64,000 nt of DNA from Bacteroidales bacterium (GTDB taxonomy: Bacteria; Bacteroidota; Bacteroidia; Bacteroidales; UBA12077), in assembly GCA_028282585.1 (NCBI GenBank), contig JANQHR010000102.1, positions 32,001-96,000 of the forward strand. Reading direction: 5' to 3'. Below the pieces are notes generated by a model. The model ran no database searches. It worked only from the letters and a program-made list of their open reading frames with translations, and had not been told where the DNA came from. A program made the position numbers and the translations under genes. Below are positions 27,978-39,141 of the stretch, piece by piece (within the stretch, counting starts at the first letter, position 1; each line of letters begins with the position of its first letter).

Positions 27978-29663
27978 TTATAGTTTGCTTTCCACAATTT
28001 TCAATATCTCTTCCTCTAATTTTTCTGTTTTTTGGTCAATTTCTTGCGCTTTTTTACTAACGGTTTGCACAAATACTTTATCTTCAAGGTCAGCTGAATT
28101 TATTTTTACATTTAAAAATGCCCCCTTAACACAAGAACGAATTGCTAATGCTCCGACACCAGCATCAGAAACTGAATTTGGATTTCCAATTTCCGCCATA
28201 GCCTTGATTAATTCTAATGCTTTGTATGATACTTCCATTACTTTAAATGGAACCAATATTGCATTTTTAGTAGCATCTTGAATTGCCTGTTTTCTTTCAG
28301 CTTTTTCCTTATCAGTTTTTTTTGGTAAACCAAATGTATCCATAATTTTATTAAATGCATCAGTATCTTCATCAACAAGTCGAACCAATTCCGATTGATA
28401 TTGCATACCTTTATCTGCCCAATCAGAAAACTCTTCCCATCGATCGTCCCAACCGCGTTTATGTGATGAAAGATTTGCAACCATTGTGCCTAAAGCTACT
28501 CCCATTGCGCCCATATAAGCCGAAACGGATCCACCACCTGGAGCAGGTGACTCTGAAGCTGTCTCATCGGTAAATTCGGTCAAAGTCATATCAACCAGCT
28601 TTTTCTTCTTTTCATCTGCTGCTAATTTGTACTCAATGATTTTCTCTTCTGGTTTAAATTCATATAAATCATCAAGCCCCATCGATTTAACAGCAATTTT
28701 TATAATCTCTTTTTCAGGTATTCCAACTGAACGGTTTTGTTTTTTTAAAAAATACTTACCTGCATCAAGCATTGCTTGTAAAGGAATTAAACCAACTAAT
28801 TCAGAACCACTAACTCTTACTCCTCTTTCCAATGCTTTTTTAAATACCTCATCAAACGCCACATGAACAGGAGTAACACTTATGTTAGTTAGGTTCATTG
28901 ATATTTGAGCAATACCATACTCATCGATAAACCATCCTATTGCTTTAACGCTTTTTAGTGAACCTGGTTCCCATACCTTATTTCCATTTTCATCTAAAAT
29001 AGGTTTTCCTGTTAACGAATCGCCTTCACGCTTAACTCTTCCCTTTTCACGAACATCAAAAGCAATTGCATTTGCACGGCGAGTTGAGGTTGTGTTTAGA
29101 TTAACATTATAAGCTACCAGAAAATCACGCGCACCTACCGCTGTTACACCAGATTTTGCATTAAATTCTGCTGGTCCGAAATCTGGTTTCCATTCCGGTT
29201 TTGCTAATTTTTCCTGTAAACCTTCGTATTCACCTGCACGGCATACCGCAAGGTTTCTTCTTTTTTCTATTAATGCTGCATTTTCATAACAATATATGGG
29301 TATATTCAATTCCTCACCAATTCTTTTAGCTAATTTATGTGCGTACTTAACAGTTTCTTCCATAGTAATATTAGCAACAGGAACCAATGGGCACACATCC
29401 GTTGCCCCAAATCTTGGATGAGCTCCCTTATGATTTCTCATATCAATCAATTCAGATGCTTTTTTTACAGCAAGAAAAGCTGCTTCACAGACTTCTTCAG
29501 GGCTACCAACCATTGTAACAACTGTTCTATTTGTTGCCTGGCCAGGATCTACATCTAATAAGCTTACACCTTCAACTGCTTCTATTTCATTCGTAATTTG
29601 TTTAATAATATCCATATTGTTCCCTTCGCTAAAGTTAGGAACACATTCTATTAACTGTTTCAT
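27978..29663 (-). CDS. ftcd: Bifunctional glutamate formimidoyltransferase/formiminotetrahydrofolate cyclodeaminase
   Basis: IECVPNFSEG, HPRFGATDVCP, QISMNL; C-terminal SPAPGGGSVSA and SDAGVGA. Confidence 0.95.
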   Translation of the reverse strand: MKQLIECVPNFSEGNNMDIIKQITNEIEAVEGVSLLDVDPGQATNRTVVTMVGSPEEVCEAAFLAVKKASELIDMRNHKGAHPRFGATDVCPLVPVANITMEETVKYAHKLAKRIGEELNIPIYCYENAALIEKRRNLAVCRAGEYEGLQEKLAKPEWKPDFGPAEFNAKSGVTAVGARDFLVAYNVNLNTTSTRRANAIAFDVREKGRVKREGDSLTGKPILDENGNKVWEPGSLKSVKAIGWFIDEYGIAQISMNLTNISVTPVHVAFDEVFKKALERGVRVSGSELVGLIPLQAMLDAGKYFLKKQNRSVGIPEKEIIKIAVKSMGLDDLYEFKPEEKIIEYKLAADEKKKKLVDMTLTEFTDETASESPAPGGGSVSAYMGAMGVALGTMVANLSSHKRGWDDRWEEFSDWADKGMQYQSELVRLVDEDTDAFNKIMDTFGLPKKTDKEKAERKQAIQDATKNAILVPFKVMEVSYKALELIKAMAEIGNPNSVSDAGVGALAIRSCVKGAFLNVKINSADLEDKVFVQTVSKKAQEIDQKTEKLEEEILKIVESKL

Positions 29664-29735
29664 TGTAATATATAGTTTTAAAATTTGACTTTAGGACGTA
29701 AATTTTGATTTTTATACATTATAATATAATATACA

Positions 29736-30995
29736 CTAAATCAATTTACCATTTAATATAACCTGATCAATCAAATTACTTGTATATGCATAAGGCATAA
29801 AGTCGTAAGTTGAAATTTCTTTAGTAATAAACATATTTGCAACTTTTCCCGCTGCAATACTACCATGCGTTTCTTGAATTCCCATTGCATAAGCCCCATT
29901 TATAGTTGAAGCATTAATTACTTCTTCAGGTAACATCTTTAGTTTGATAGTTCCTAAAGACATAATAAATTTCATATTTCCAGATGGGGAAGACCCTGGG
30001 TTATAATCTGAAGCAAGTGCAATTGGCAGCCCTGCATCAATCATTTTACGTACCGGAGGGTCAATCATACCTAAAAAGAATGCTGCTCCGGGTAAAAGAG
30101 TTGGCATAGTTTCGGATTCTAAAAGTGCTCTTATTTCATCCTCACCTGTAAATTCCAGATGGTCAACGGAAAGAGCATTGTATTTAACACCAACCTGAAT
30201 ACCCCCTGAATAATCTAGTTCGTTGGCATGAATCTTTGGTCGCATTCCATACTTTAATCCAGCCATTAATATCCTATCTGTTTGTTCAACTGTAAAAAAC
30301 CCTTTATCGCAAAATACATCTATATAATCTGCTAATTCCTGTGCAGCAACTTGAGGAATCATTTCATTAATTACTAAATCAACATATTTATCTTGTTTTC
30401 CTTTATATTCGGCTGGAACTGCATGAGCTCCCAAAAATGTAGATTTTATAGCAATAGGTGTAGTTTCCTTTAATCGCTTTATTACTCGAAGCATTTTTAA
30501 CTCATCTTCGACTGTTAAACCATATCCACTTTTTATTTCTACCGCTCCTGTTCCAAATCCAATAATTTCATTAATTCGTTGTAAAGCTTGTTCGTACAAT
30601 GAATCCTCTGATGTATTATGAAGTAATTTTGCAGAATTCAAAATACCACCACCTCTTTTTGCAATTTCTTCATAAGATAATCCGCGGATCTTATCACCAT
30701 ATTCTATCTCACGGCTACCGGCATAAACTAAATGAGTATGCGAATCACAGAATGATGGAAATACCATTTTCCCGGTTGCATCGATTTCTTCTCCCTGAAA
30801 AACATTTAAATTTAAATTGCTCATTTTACCAAAATCAGCAATTTTATTTTCCTTTATTATTAAATACGCATCTTCAATTGTATTTAAACTCTGCATATCA
30901 ATACCCGCAACCCATTTTACAGGATTTTCTTCAACGTTTATAAGGCTTTTAATATTTTTAATTAACAAATTCATAAGCATTTTATTACTTTCCAT
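29736..30995 (-). CDS. hutI: Imidazolonepropionase (true start may be a few codons downstream)
   Basis: DSHTHLVYAG.R, IAKRGGGI, EIKSGYGL, DHLE and ASDYNPGSSP. Confidence 0.96.
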   Translation of the reverse strand: MESNKMLMNLLIKNIKSLINVEENPVKWVAGIDMQSLNTIEDAYLIIKENKIADFGKMSNLNLNVFQGEEIDATGKMVFPSFCDSHTHLVYAGSREIEYGDKIRGLSYEEIAKRGGGILNSAKLLHNTSEDSLYEQALQRINEIIGFGTGAVEIKSGYGLTVEDELKMLRVIKRLKETTPIAIKSTFLGAHAVPAEYKGKQDKYVDLVINEMIPQVAAQELADYIDVFCDKGFFTVEQTDRILMAGLKYGMRPKIHANELDYSGGIQVGVKYNALSVDHLEFTGEDEIRALLESETMPTLLPGAAFFLGMIDPPVRKMIDAGLPIALASDYNPGSSPSGNMKFIMSLGTIKLKMLPEEVINASTINGAYAMGIQETHGSIAAGKVANMFITKEISTYDFMPYAYTSNLIDQVILNGKLI

Positions 30996-31086
30996 TAAGG
31001 GTACGAAAATACAAAATTGTATTGATATATATAATAAATTTCGTGTTCTATAACTTATGTTCTATTTTTAACCTAAATATATTAAA

Positions 31087-32709
31087 ATGAAAAAGAAAAG
31101 GGCTATTCCGCACACCTATGTTATCGTATTTTTTATAATTATATTTTCGGCTATTCTTACCTGGTTTGTTCCCGGTGGAGAATTTAACAGGGAGACTTTT
31201 ACTTTACCTGATGGTACAACTCAAGAGATTATTGTAAAAGATTCTTTCCATTATACAGATAATGTACCTCAAACCTGGGAATTGTTTTCTGCATTTTTTA
31301 AAGGTTTTGTGAAACAATCTAATATCATAGTATTTATATTATTGATTGGAGGGGCTTTTTGGATTATGAATGATAGTAAAGCCATTGATGTTGGTATTTT
31401 TTCTTTTCTAAAAAAGACTAAAAAAATAGAGCACATTAAATTATTTAGGTTTCTGGGAATTGAGAACATTATAATTACTTTAATCATGATTATGTTCTCA
31501 ATTTTTGGTGCGGTATTTGGAATGAGTGAAGAAACTATAGCATTTGTTATCATTTTTGTTCCGTTGGCATTATCAATGGGTTATGATTCAATTGTAGGTG
31601 TTAACTTATGCTTTGTTGCAGCTGCTTTAGGGTTTGCTGGTGCACTGTTGAATCCCTTTACAATTGGTATTGCCCAGGGGCTTTCCGGAATTCCGTTATT
31701 TACAGGAATAGAATACAGGTTTTTTATTTGGATTGTTTTGAATTTAGTTGGTATCATATACGTTTTAAGATATGCTAAAAAAATAAAGAAAAATCCAAAA
31801 TCATCATTAGTATATGAAGATGACAATAAAAACTGGAGAAGTAAGGAGCATATTGATGCAGAGAATTTAAAGTATTACACTCCTTTTTCAGCTTGGATTG
31901 TTTATGGGTTTATTTCTGTTGTATTGGTTGTTTTTTCATTTATATATAATCAAACAACATTATCTATTGGAAATTCTTCAACAACAATGCCAATTATTCC
32001 ATTACTTGCCGGATTGTTTATAATTACTAATCCTTTCGTACTCAAAAAATCTGTTCATTTCTTTATTCTAAATATATTGATTTTTACTATTTTCTTCTTG
32101 ATAGTTGGTGTGATGGGATATGGATGGTATGTAATGGAAATTGCAACACTTTTCTTTGTCATGGGATTAGCCTCAGGAATTGCTAATAACAAATCGCCAA
32201 ATACGATAACAAAACTGTTTTTAGATGGTGTAAAAGACATCGCATCTGCAGCTTTAATCGTGGGCTTAGCTGGAGGTATTATCATTGTATTACAGGAAGG
32301 AAAAATTATTGATACTATTCTTTATTCTATTTCCCAATCTATGAAAAGTATGGGAAAAGTCGGGTCTATAGGAATTATGTATTTAATTCAGACATTCATA
32401 AATATTATTATCCCATCAGGAAGTGCTAAAGCTGCTTTAACCATGCCTATTATGGCGCCTTTTTCAGATTTAATAGGAATTTCAAGGCAGGCAACTGTTG
32501 TTGCTTTTCAATTTGGAGACGGTTTTACAAATATGATTACTCCAACATCCGGAGTTTTAATTGGAGTTTTGGGCGTGGCTAAAATTCCATATGAAAAATG
32601 GGTAAAATGGGTAACACCATTCATAATTATCCTGGTAATCCTTGGATTCTTATTACTAATTCCAACAGTTTTAATGGATTTAAATGGATTTGAGCTTATA
32701 AACAATTAA
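31087..32709 (+). CDS. YfcC/ArcD-like basic amino acid antiporter
   Basis: PHTYVI, GMSEE, NPFTIGIAQ, PSGSAKA and AFQFGDGFTNMITPTSG. Confidence 0.88.
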   Translation: MKKKRAIPHTYVIVFFIIIFSAILTWFVPGGEFNRETFTLPDGTTQEIIVKDSFHYTDNVPQTWELFSAFFKGFVKQSNIIVFILLIGGAFWIMNDSKAIDVGIFSFLKKTKKIEHIKLFRFLGIENIIITLIMIMFSIFGAVFGMSEETIAFVIIFVPLALSMGYDSIVGVNLCFVAAALGFAGALLNPFTIGIAQGLSGIPLFTGIEYRFFIWIVLNLVGIIYVLRYAKKIKKNPKSSLVYEDDNKNWRSKEHIDAENLKYYTPFSAWIVYGFISVVLVVFSFIYNQTTLSIGNSSTTMPIIPLLAGLFIITNPFVLKKSVHFFILNILIFTIFFLIVGVMGYGWYVMEIATLFFVMGLASGIANNKSPNTITKLFLDGVKDIASAALIVGLAGGIIIVLQEGKIIDTILYSISQSMKSMGKVGSIGIMYLIQTFINIIIPSGSAKAALTMPIMAPFSDLIGISRQATVVAFQFGDGFTNMITPTSGVLIGVLGVAKIPYEKWVKWVTPFIIILVILGFLLLIPTVLMDLNGFELINN

Positions 32710-33854
32710 ATTGTTTTTAATATTTGGGCAACTATAAAACCAAGATAGTTGCCTAAAGCGTACCCCATAATTCCTACTGTTAAACCGGAAACTATAATTT
32801 CTCGGTTTTTAATAGCACCAGCAATTACCGGCACAAATGGTGGTGAACAAATTAAAGCAGTGGAAGTTATCATTACTGTATCTGTATCTATTTTGAATAA
32901 TCTTGAAATAAATACGTGTAATATAAGGGATACAAAAATTACAAATGAAATGTACCACAATAAGCCTGGTGCTGTCCCTGTAAAAGTTTTAATATTTGCC
33001 ATTGAAGCTATAACCATACTAAATACTAAAATAAGGTACATCCCCAAATCAAAGGTTTTTTCCAGCTTATTTACGCCCTTAACGAGTGAACTCAATATTG
33101 CTAAAGTTGTTATGGCCAACATGACAACAGCCATTTGTGATTCTTTAGAAACAACTAGCGTTAAGCTTCCACCAAAAGCGAATATAATAACAGATAACCC
33201 TAATCCTTTGAGTAAAGATATCCTATATTGTTTCTTCCAAAATCCCCAATATTCATTTTTGTTTATGCCTTCATTATTATTCTTTGAGTTTGGTTTAAAA
33301 CTTTTATAACGTGGCAAAATTAATTGAAATACCTTCTGCCCAATGGTAATAAGAAATAAAAGATAAATTGCTGATATCAACATATCAAACGAATGAGTTA
33401 TAACAAAAACATCCGGGTCAACATCTAATATTAGTTTTAATGATGCAAGATTTGGTGTTCCTCCTGAATACAATCCCACCAGTAATCCTCCAATTTTCCA
33501 AAATTCTTTAAAACCATTTCCATTAAAAATGAAATATCCGACAAAAACTACTAATACAACACTAACCAAAGCAATTATCATCGATGCCAGTGTTTTACCA
33601 GCAATTTTAAACCATGCTTTAATGTTTGTGGAAAATAGCAATAATGGAATTGCTAGAGGAATTGTAATCATGGTCATTAAATCCTGGACTTTGGTGCTAC
33701 CTTCAGGTAAAATGTTCAGATTACCCAAAACCAAACCAAACCCATAAGCTAATAAGACAGCTCCGATTTTATTGACAATTGGGAATTTATGACATAGGTA
33801 TAAAATAAATACCGGGAAAAATAAATAGAATAGTGAAAGTAAGACCAAAGGCAT
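32706..33854 (-). CDS. DUF819 family membrane protein
   Basis: YSGGTPNL and GYALGNYLG, with about 11 TM helices. Confidence 0.82.
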   Translation of the reverse strand: MPLVLLSLFYLFFPVFILYLCHKFPIVNKIGAVLLAYGFGLVLGNLNILPEGSTKVQDLMTMITIPLAIPLLLFSTNIKAWFKIAGKTLASMIIALVSVVLVVFVGYFIFNGNGFKEFWKIGGLLVGLYSGGTPNLASLKLILDVDPDVFVITHSFDMLISAIYLLFLITIGQKVFQLILPRYKSFKPNSKNNNEGINKNEYWGFWKKQYRISLLKGLGLSVIIFAFGGSLTLVVSKESQMAVVMLAITTLAILSSLVKGVNKLEKTFDLGMYLILVFSMVIASMANIKTFTGTAPGLLWYISFVIFVSLILHVFISRLFKIDTDTVMITSTALICSPPFVPVIAGAIKNREIIVSGLTVGIMGYALGNYLGFIVAQILKTI

Positions 33855-33952
33855 AAACTAAGAATTAATAACCAGCATGGAAAACTAAAAGAAAAATTAT
33901 GAATTACCAAAAATGAAAATAAATAAGCCGATGTCTTCTTATCAGCTTATAT

Positions 33953-34834
33953 CTAAAATTCTTCGAACCGGTGCGTAATATCTTTAAAGTCTATTTCTCT
34001 AAACTCGCAGCATTCGTCTAAGTTTTTACTATAAACATCCATAGCTCTGCGGCTCATACCCATACTTGAGAACCCACCATCATGGAAAACATTTTGCATG
34101 GTAATTTTTCTCGTTAAATCAGAAAACATGGTAATACAAAAATTAGCACATTCTTCCGCATCTGCATTTCCAAGTGGTGACATTCTATTTGAGAAATCCA
34201 TCAACTGATCTAATCCCATTACACCGGAACCTGCCGTGGTTTGCGTAGGTGATTGCGAAATAGTATTTATCCTAATTTTCTTTTCGCGTCCATAAATATA
34301 TCCAAAGCTTCGGGCTATAGATTCTAATAACGACTTTGCATCAGCCATATCGTTGTAACCATAAAGCGTTCTCTGTGCGGCAACATAAGATAACGCTAAT
34401 ACAGATCCCCAATTATTCAATGCATCTTTCTTCCTGGAAACTTGCAATATTTTATGGAATGATAAAGCTGAAACATCCAACGTTTTTAAAAAATAATCGT
34501 AATTCAGATTATCATATGTTATTCCTTTACGAACGTTTGGAGACATACCGATTGAGTGAAGTATGAAATCAAATTTTCCACTAAAATGTTCCATGGTTTT
34601 ATCCACTAAATTCTCTATATCTTCAATACTTGTTGCATCAGCAGGAATAACGATTGAATTACATTTTTCCGCTAATTCTTCAGTATCACCTAACCGTAAT
34701 GCAAATGGTGCATTTGTCAAGACAATTTCCGCCCCCTCTTCAAAAGCTTTTTCAGCAACTTTCCACGCAATTGATTTCTCGTTCAGAGCGCCAAAAATTA
34801 ATCCTTTTTTACCTTTTAATAAATTAAATGCCAT
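33953..34834 (-). CDS. fabI: Enoyl-ACP reductase
   Basis: LLKGKKGLIFGALNEKSIAW, YNDMADAK and NTISQSPT. Confidence 0.92.
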   Translation of the reverse strand: MAFNLLKGKKGLIFGALNEKSIAWKVAEKAFEEGAEIVLTNAPFALRLGDTEELAEKCNSIVIPADATSIEDIENLVDKTMEHFSGKFDFILHSIGMSPNVRKGITYDNLNYDYFLKTLDVSALSFHKILQVSRKKDALNNWGSVLALSYVAAQRTLYGYNDMADAKSLLESIARSFGYIYGREKKIRINTISQSPTQTTAGSGVMGLDQLMDFSNRMSPLGNADAEECANFCITMFSDLTRKITMQNVFHDGGFSSMGMSRRAMDVYSKNLDECCEFREIDFKDITHRFEEF

Positions 34835-34910
34835 GATTAAATTTTTTTAATACAAGTTAGATACAATTATGTATTTAGAATGTTCACTTGTACGTGTTAT
34901 TAAGTTTATT

Positions 34911-36566
34911 TTATTTAGTAAGTAAAACTTTTGCGTTTTCAATGGCAGCATCAGTAAGTGCTTCACCGCTTAACATTTTTGCTATCTCTTTTATTCTTTC
35001 TTCTTTTGATAAAAGTTTTATATACGTATTTGTAGTTTCGTGATTATCTTTTTTATACACCAAATAATGAAAATCTCCTTTTCCTGCTATTTGCGGTAAA
35101 TGAGTAATATTTATTACCTGCATATTTTTTGACATTTGCTTGATAATAGTTCCCATTTTATCCGCAATTTCACCAGATGTTCCAGTATCAATTTCATCGA
35201 ATATAATTGTAGGTAAAGTTGTAGTTTCTACTATTAATGATTTTATACTTAACATTAATCTTGATATCTCACCACCTGATGCAACCCTTGATAACTCTTC
35301 CAAAACCACATTTTTATTAGCAGAAAATAAAAACCGGATAATTTCTTTACCCGATGGAAGAAATTCTTTAGTTGGAACTTGTTCAACCTTAAAATTTGCA
35401 TTCGGGATTCCGAGTAATTGTAAAATTTCAATAACCTTATTCTCTATATTTGGAATTATTACTCCTCTATTTTCTGAAATTTGTCTTGCATTATTTGTTA
35501 ATTCATCTAAAATTAAATCAAGTTGTTTCTTGATTTTTTCCGTTTCAAAATCATAGGATGTTATCTTATCAATTTTAACCTGCAGATCGTCCTTAATTTC
35601 AATCAATTCCTTTACAGTAGATACTTTATGCTTCTGTTCTAGTGCATAAATATTATCTAATCTTTCCCGAATAAACTCAATCCTATTTGGATTATGTTCT
35701 AACTTCTCGTTTAATTGTTCAATTTCATTATTAATATCTTGCAATTCGATATACATCGATTCAATTCTATTTGTTAAATCGTCTCCTTCCTTAATATATT
35801 TAGAAATTGAGTCTATTCCATTTTTAGTTTGTTTTAGGTTGGAAATAATCGAAATCTCTTCACCTGATAGTAAATGAAGGCTCTCAGATAGTTTTAGTTT
35901 TACTTCCTCTGCATGATTTAACTGTTCCAATTCTTCCTCTAATTCTTCTTGTTCGCCATCAATTAATTTTACTGATTCTAGCTGATCAAACTGAAATTGA
36001 TAATAATCTAGGTCAGTCTTTGCTTTTTGAGCATTATTAACTAATTTGTCGTATTCTGAGTTTAGTATATTATACTCTTCGAATCTATTTCTATAAGCGT
36101 TAATTAGCTCTTGATGGTCTGCAAAAGAATCAACCAAACTTAATTGAAAATGATCATCCCCCAATAATAAACTTTCGTGTTGCGAATGAATATCAATCAA
36201 AAATGAACTTAATTCTTTTAATACAGAAAGATTTACCGGAGTATCATTAATAAAAGCACGAGATTTACCATGATCTGTTATTTCACGTCTTATAGTAGTT
36301 AAATCTTCATAATCAAGGTCATTCTGTTTAAAAAAATTCTTTATTCTATATTGTTTAATTTGGAATTTTGCCTCCACAAAACATTTCCTGGTTTTATCTT
36401 TTAAAACGCCGGTATCCGCTCTCTGTCCCAGAACCAATGATAAAGCACCCAATAAGATAGATTTACCAGCACCTGTTTCGCCGGTTATGATATTTAACCC
36501 TTTATTAAAATCAATCTCTAATTCATTGATTAAAGCATAGTTCTGAATGCAAATTGATTGTAGCAT
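34911..36566 (-). CDS. recN: DNA repair protein RecN
   Basis: TGETGAGKS, DIHSQH, ASGGE.SR, IFDEIDTG and ITHLPQ. Confidence 0.97.
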   Translation of the reverse strand: MLQSICIQNYALINELEIDFNKGLNIITGETGAGKSILLGALSLVLGQRADTGVLKDKTRKCFVEAKFQIKQYRIKNFFKQNDLDYEDLTTIRREITDHGKSRAFINDTPVNLSVLKELSSFLIDIHSQHESLLLGDDHFQLSLVDSFADHQELINAYRNRFEEYNILNSEYDKLVNNAQKAKTDLDYYQFQFDQLESVKLIDGEQEELEEELEQLNHAEEVKLKLSESLHLLSGEEISIISNLKQTKNGIDSISKYIKEGDDLTNRIESMYIELQDINNEIEQLNEKLEHNPNRIEFIRERLDNIYALEQKHKVSTVKELIEIKDDLQVKIDKITSYDFETEKIKKQLDLILDELTNNARQISENRGVIIPNIENKVIEILQLLGIPNANFKVEQVPTKEFLPSGKEIIRFLFSANKNVVLEELSRVASGGEISRLMLSIKSLIVETTTLPTIIFDEIDTGTSGEIADKMGTIIKQMSKNMQVINITHLPQIAGKGDFHYLVYKKDNHETTNTYIKLLSKEERIKEIAKMLSGEALTDAAIENAKVLLTK

Positions 36567-36659
36567 AACGGATTTATCTGAATAATAATTACAAACTTAC
36601 TAAAAAAAGATCATTGAATATCTTTAATTTAAAGTAAGAATAATAACAAAAAATGTTGA

Positions 36660-37559
36660 TTACTGTTGTTTGATTTTCTTATACTTGTCAGACCGTGTAG
36701 GATCAATCTCAACTAGAATTTTATATACGCGATCTGCTTCTGCCATAAATGATTCGGAAAAAACATTAACAAGCTCATCAGATTTAGCACTCATGATTAA
36801 ATCATAATAGAATAAGTAGGGATCGGGTTTTTGTCGATATATTTTCTGCAATAAATCAAGGCTTTCTGCAATTTCACTTCTACCCTGAGCATCTTTACTC
36901 TCCATAACATCAAGTCCTAATCGATGATATCTATATAAAAATTCTCGAATTCCTCTATACCTGTCGTTAAGAATATTCTCTATTAACCAATATCTGTTTT
37001 TACGACTTTCAAAAGCTTTCCAACCTTTTTCCTGTGCGTTTTGAGCGTTATTTACAATTTGCTCTGCCCTTTGAAAAAATTCTGTTCCTCCCATTAAAGA
37101 AAAAGTATCATAATCTAACCCAAGTATGATATAAGCATAATAAGCTAACACTGATGTAAGGTTCGAGCGATGCTCTGTTATAGTAAATTCTAAAGATTCA
37201 AATTCAACATAATTAAATCTTAAATTATCATCTTTATAATTTAATATGGTAGTATTATAAGAAGTATTATAAGTTGGTCTGTTTGATTGAACCTGAATAC
37301 TTCCAGTGAACTCATCACCACTATGATCCTGAAGGTTAATCAATATATTACATTCAATTCTTTCTTCGTTTGAATAAACATGGTTTGTCCATGCTGTATT
37401 ATTCATGAATTCGTAAATAGCAGTTTGGAGGGTTTGAAAAACTTGCTTATTTGTTCCTTGAATTTGGCTTGAAACTACCTGCACGTTACATCTAAGTTCC
37501 TGACCAACCGAAATAATAGAAATAAATAAAAATACGAATAAAATAACTGCTTTTTTCAT
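36660..37559 (-). CDS. porD: T9SS component PorD (DUF4835)
   Basis: QELRCNV...EFMN.T.WT...ERI.C, YYAYIILG.DYDTF and YHR.GLD; conserved coaBC-porD-recN order. Confidence 0.85.
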   Translation of the reverse strand: MKKAVILFVFLFISIISVGQELRCNVQVVSSQIQGTNKQVFQTLQTAIYEFMNNTAWTNHVYSNEERIECNILINLQDHSGDEFTGSIQVQSNRPTYNTSYNTTILNYKDDNLRFNYVEFESLEFTITEHRSNLTSVLAYYAYIILGLDYDTFSLMGGTEFFQRAEQIVNNAQNAQEKGWKAFESRKNRYWLIENILNDRYRGIREFLYRYHRLGLDVMESKDAQGRSEIAESLDLLQKIYRQKPDPYLFYYDLIMSAKSDELVNVFSESFMAEADRVYKILVEIDPTRSDKYKKIKQQ

Positions 37560-37569
37560 ACTCGAAATT

Positions 37570-38769
37570 TTAAAATCTTTTAATCAGTTCATTCACTATA
37601 TCAACAGCAACATCTTGTTTAGACTTTAATTCAAAATTAATAATATTATCACTATTGTCAATAATACTAATTTTATTGGTATCGTGTCCAAACCCTGCGC
37701 CTTTCTCCTTTAATGAATTTAGAACGATAAAATCAAGGTTTTTATTCTGTATTTTCTTTTTTGCATTCTCCAATTCGTTATTCGTTTCTAGCGCGAATCC
37801 AATAAGGATCTGATTCTCCTTTTTTATCTTACCCAACTCAGCAGCTATATCCTTATTTGGCTCCAAAACGATTTGCATATCATTTTTTCCACTTTTAACC
37901 TTTTCATCATATTGATGTGCTGGTTTAAAATCAGCTACTGCCGCAGACATTATAGCACCATCACAATCAGAAAAATTAGTTACAGCAGCATCATACATTT
38001 CTTGCGCTGTTTGAACTTTTATCTTTTTAATAAGAGGATTTGAAACTTCTAAATGTGTTGGGCCTGTAACAAGAAAAACTTCGGCACCTTGATCAGCTAA
38101 TTTCTCGGCAATTGCATAACCCATCTTACCAGAACTATAATTCCCAATGAATCTTACAGGATCAATTGGTTCAAATGTAGGTCCCGCAGTTACAAGGATT
38201 TTTTTAGATTTTAGTTTTTTTTTTGAAGAAAAGAATTCTATTATTCTCTCGGTAATTGCTTCTGGTTCAGCCATTCTTCCTTTTCCTACCAATCCACTTG
38301 CCAGTTCTCCACTTTCCGGCTCTACAATTATATTACCATAAGATCTTAAAATCTCAATGTTTTTAAGATTAGCCGGATGTTGATACATATCTAAATCCAT
38401 AGTTGGAGCTAACATTACAGGGCATCTTGCGGATAAATATGTAGTAAGCAATAAATTATCTGCAATTCCATGAGCCATTTTACCCATAGAATTTGCTGTT
38501 ACTGGTGCAATTACATATAAATCTGACCACAAACCTATATCGACATGGCTATTCCATTGACCATTTTCAGGGTCGAAGAACTCAACTAAAATAGGATTTT
38601 TTGATAGTGTTGCTAAAGTTAAAGGGGTAATAAACTCTTTGGCTAACCTGGTCATAACCACTTTTACTTGCGCACCCTCTTTCACAAGTAACCTTACAAG
38701 AATAGCAGCTTTATAGGCCGCTATTCCCCCAGTTATTCCCAATAAAATATTTTTTCCTTTTAGCTTCAT
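37570..38769 (-). CDS. coaBC: Bifunctional phosphopantothenoylcysteine decarboxylase/ligase
   Basis: GITGGIAAYKA, TAGPT.E.IDPVRFIGNYSSGKMG, AAVADF and GFALET. Confidence 0.96.
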   Translation of the reverse strand: MKLKGKNILLGITGGIAAYKAAILVRLLVKEGAQVKVVMTRLAKEFITPLTLATLSKNPILVEFFDPENGQWNSHVDIGLWSDLYVIAPVTANSMGKMAHGIADNLLLTTYLSARCPVMLAPTMDLDMYQHPANLKNIEILRSYGNIIVEPESGELASGLVGKGRMAEPEAITERIIEFFSSKKKLKSKKILVTAGPTFEPIDPVRFIGNYSSGKMGYAIAEKLADQGAEVFLVTGPTHLEVSNPLIKKIKVQTAQEMYDAAVTNFSDCDGAIMSAAVADFKPAHQYDEKVKSGKNDMQIVLEPNKDIAAELGKIKKENQILIGFALETNNELENAKKKIQNKNLDFIVLNSLKEKGAGFGHDTNKISIIDNSDNIINFELKSKQDVAVDIVNELIKRF

Positions 38770-38789
38770 GAGCTAATTGTTTGAATAAA

Positions 38790-39119
38790 CTACTCTGCTT
38801 CTTCAGTTTCAGGCTTTCTATAATAGATTTCTCCGTCTAAAAACTCCTGTATTGCTATTAAGCTCGGCTTTGGTAACCTTTCGTAAAATCTGGATATTTC
38901 TATTTGCTCCCTATTTTCAAAAACCTCTTCAAGGTTATCTGTATAAGATGCAAATTCTTCCAACTTTCTGTTCAATTCTTCCTTAAGCTCACTTCCAATT
39001 TGATTTGCCCTTTTTGAAACTATAGCTACAGTTTCATAAATATTTCCTGTTTCTCGATCTACCTCATTTAAATTTCGTGTAACAGTTGATCCTGGAGCCT
39101 TTGTCTTTTTATAATCCAT
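38790..39119 (-). CDS. rpoZ: RNA polymerase omega subunit (Bacteroidota type)
   Basis: TGNIYE...KRANQI...LEEVFENREQIEISRFYERLPKP. Confidence 0.92.
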   Translation of the reverse strand: MDYKKTKAPGSTVTRNLNEVDRETGNIYETVAIVSKRANQIGSELKEELNRKLEEFASYTDNLEEVFENREQIEISRFYERLPKPSLIAIQEFLDGEIYYRKPETEEAE

Positions 39120-39141
39120 CCTAATACAAATTAATTTTATA

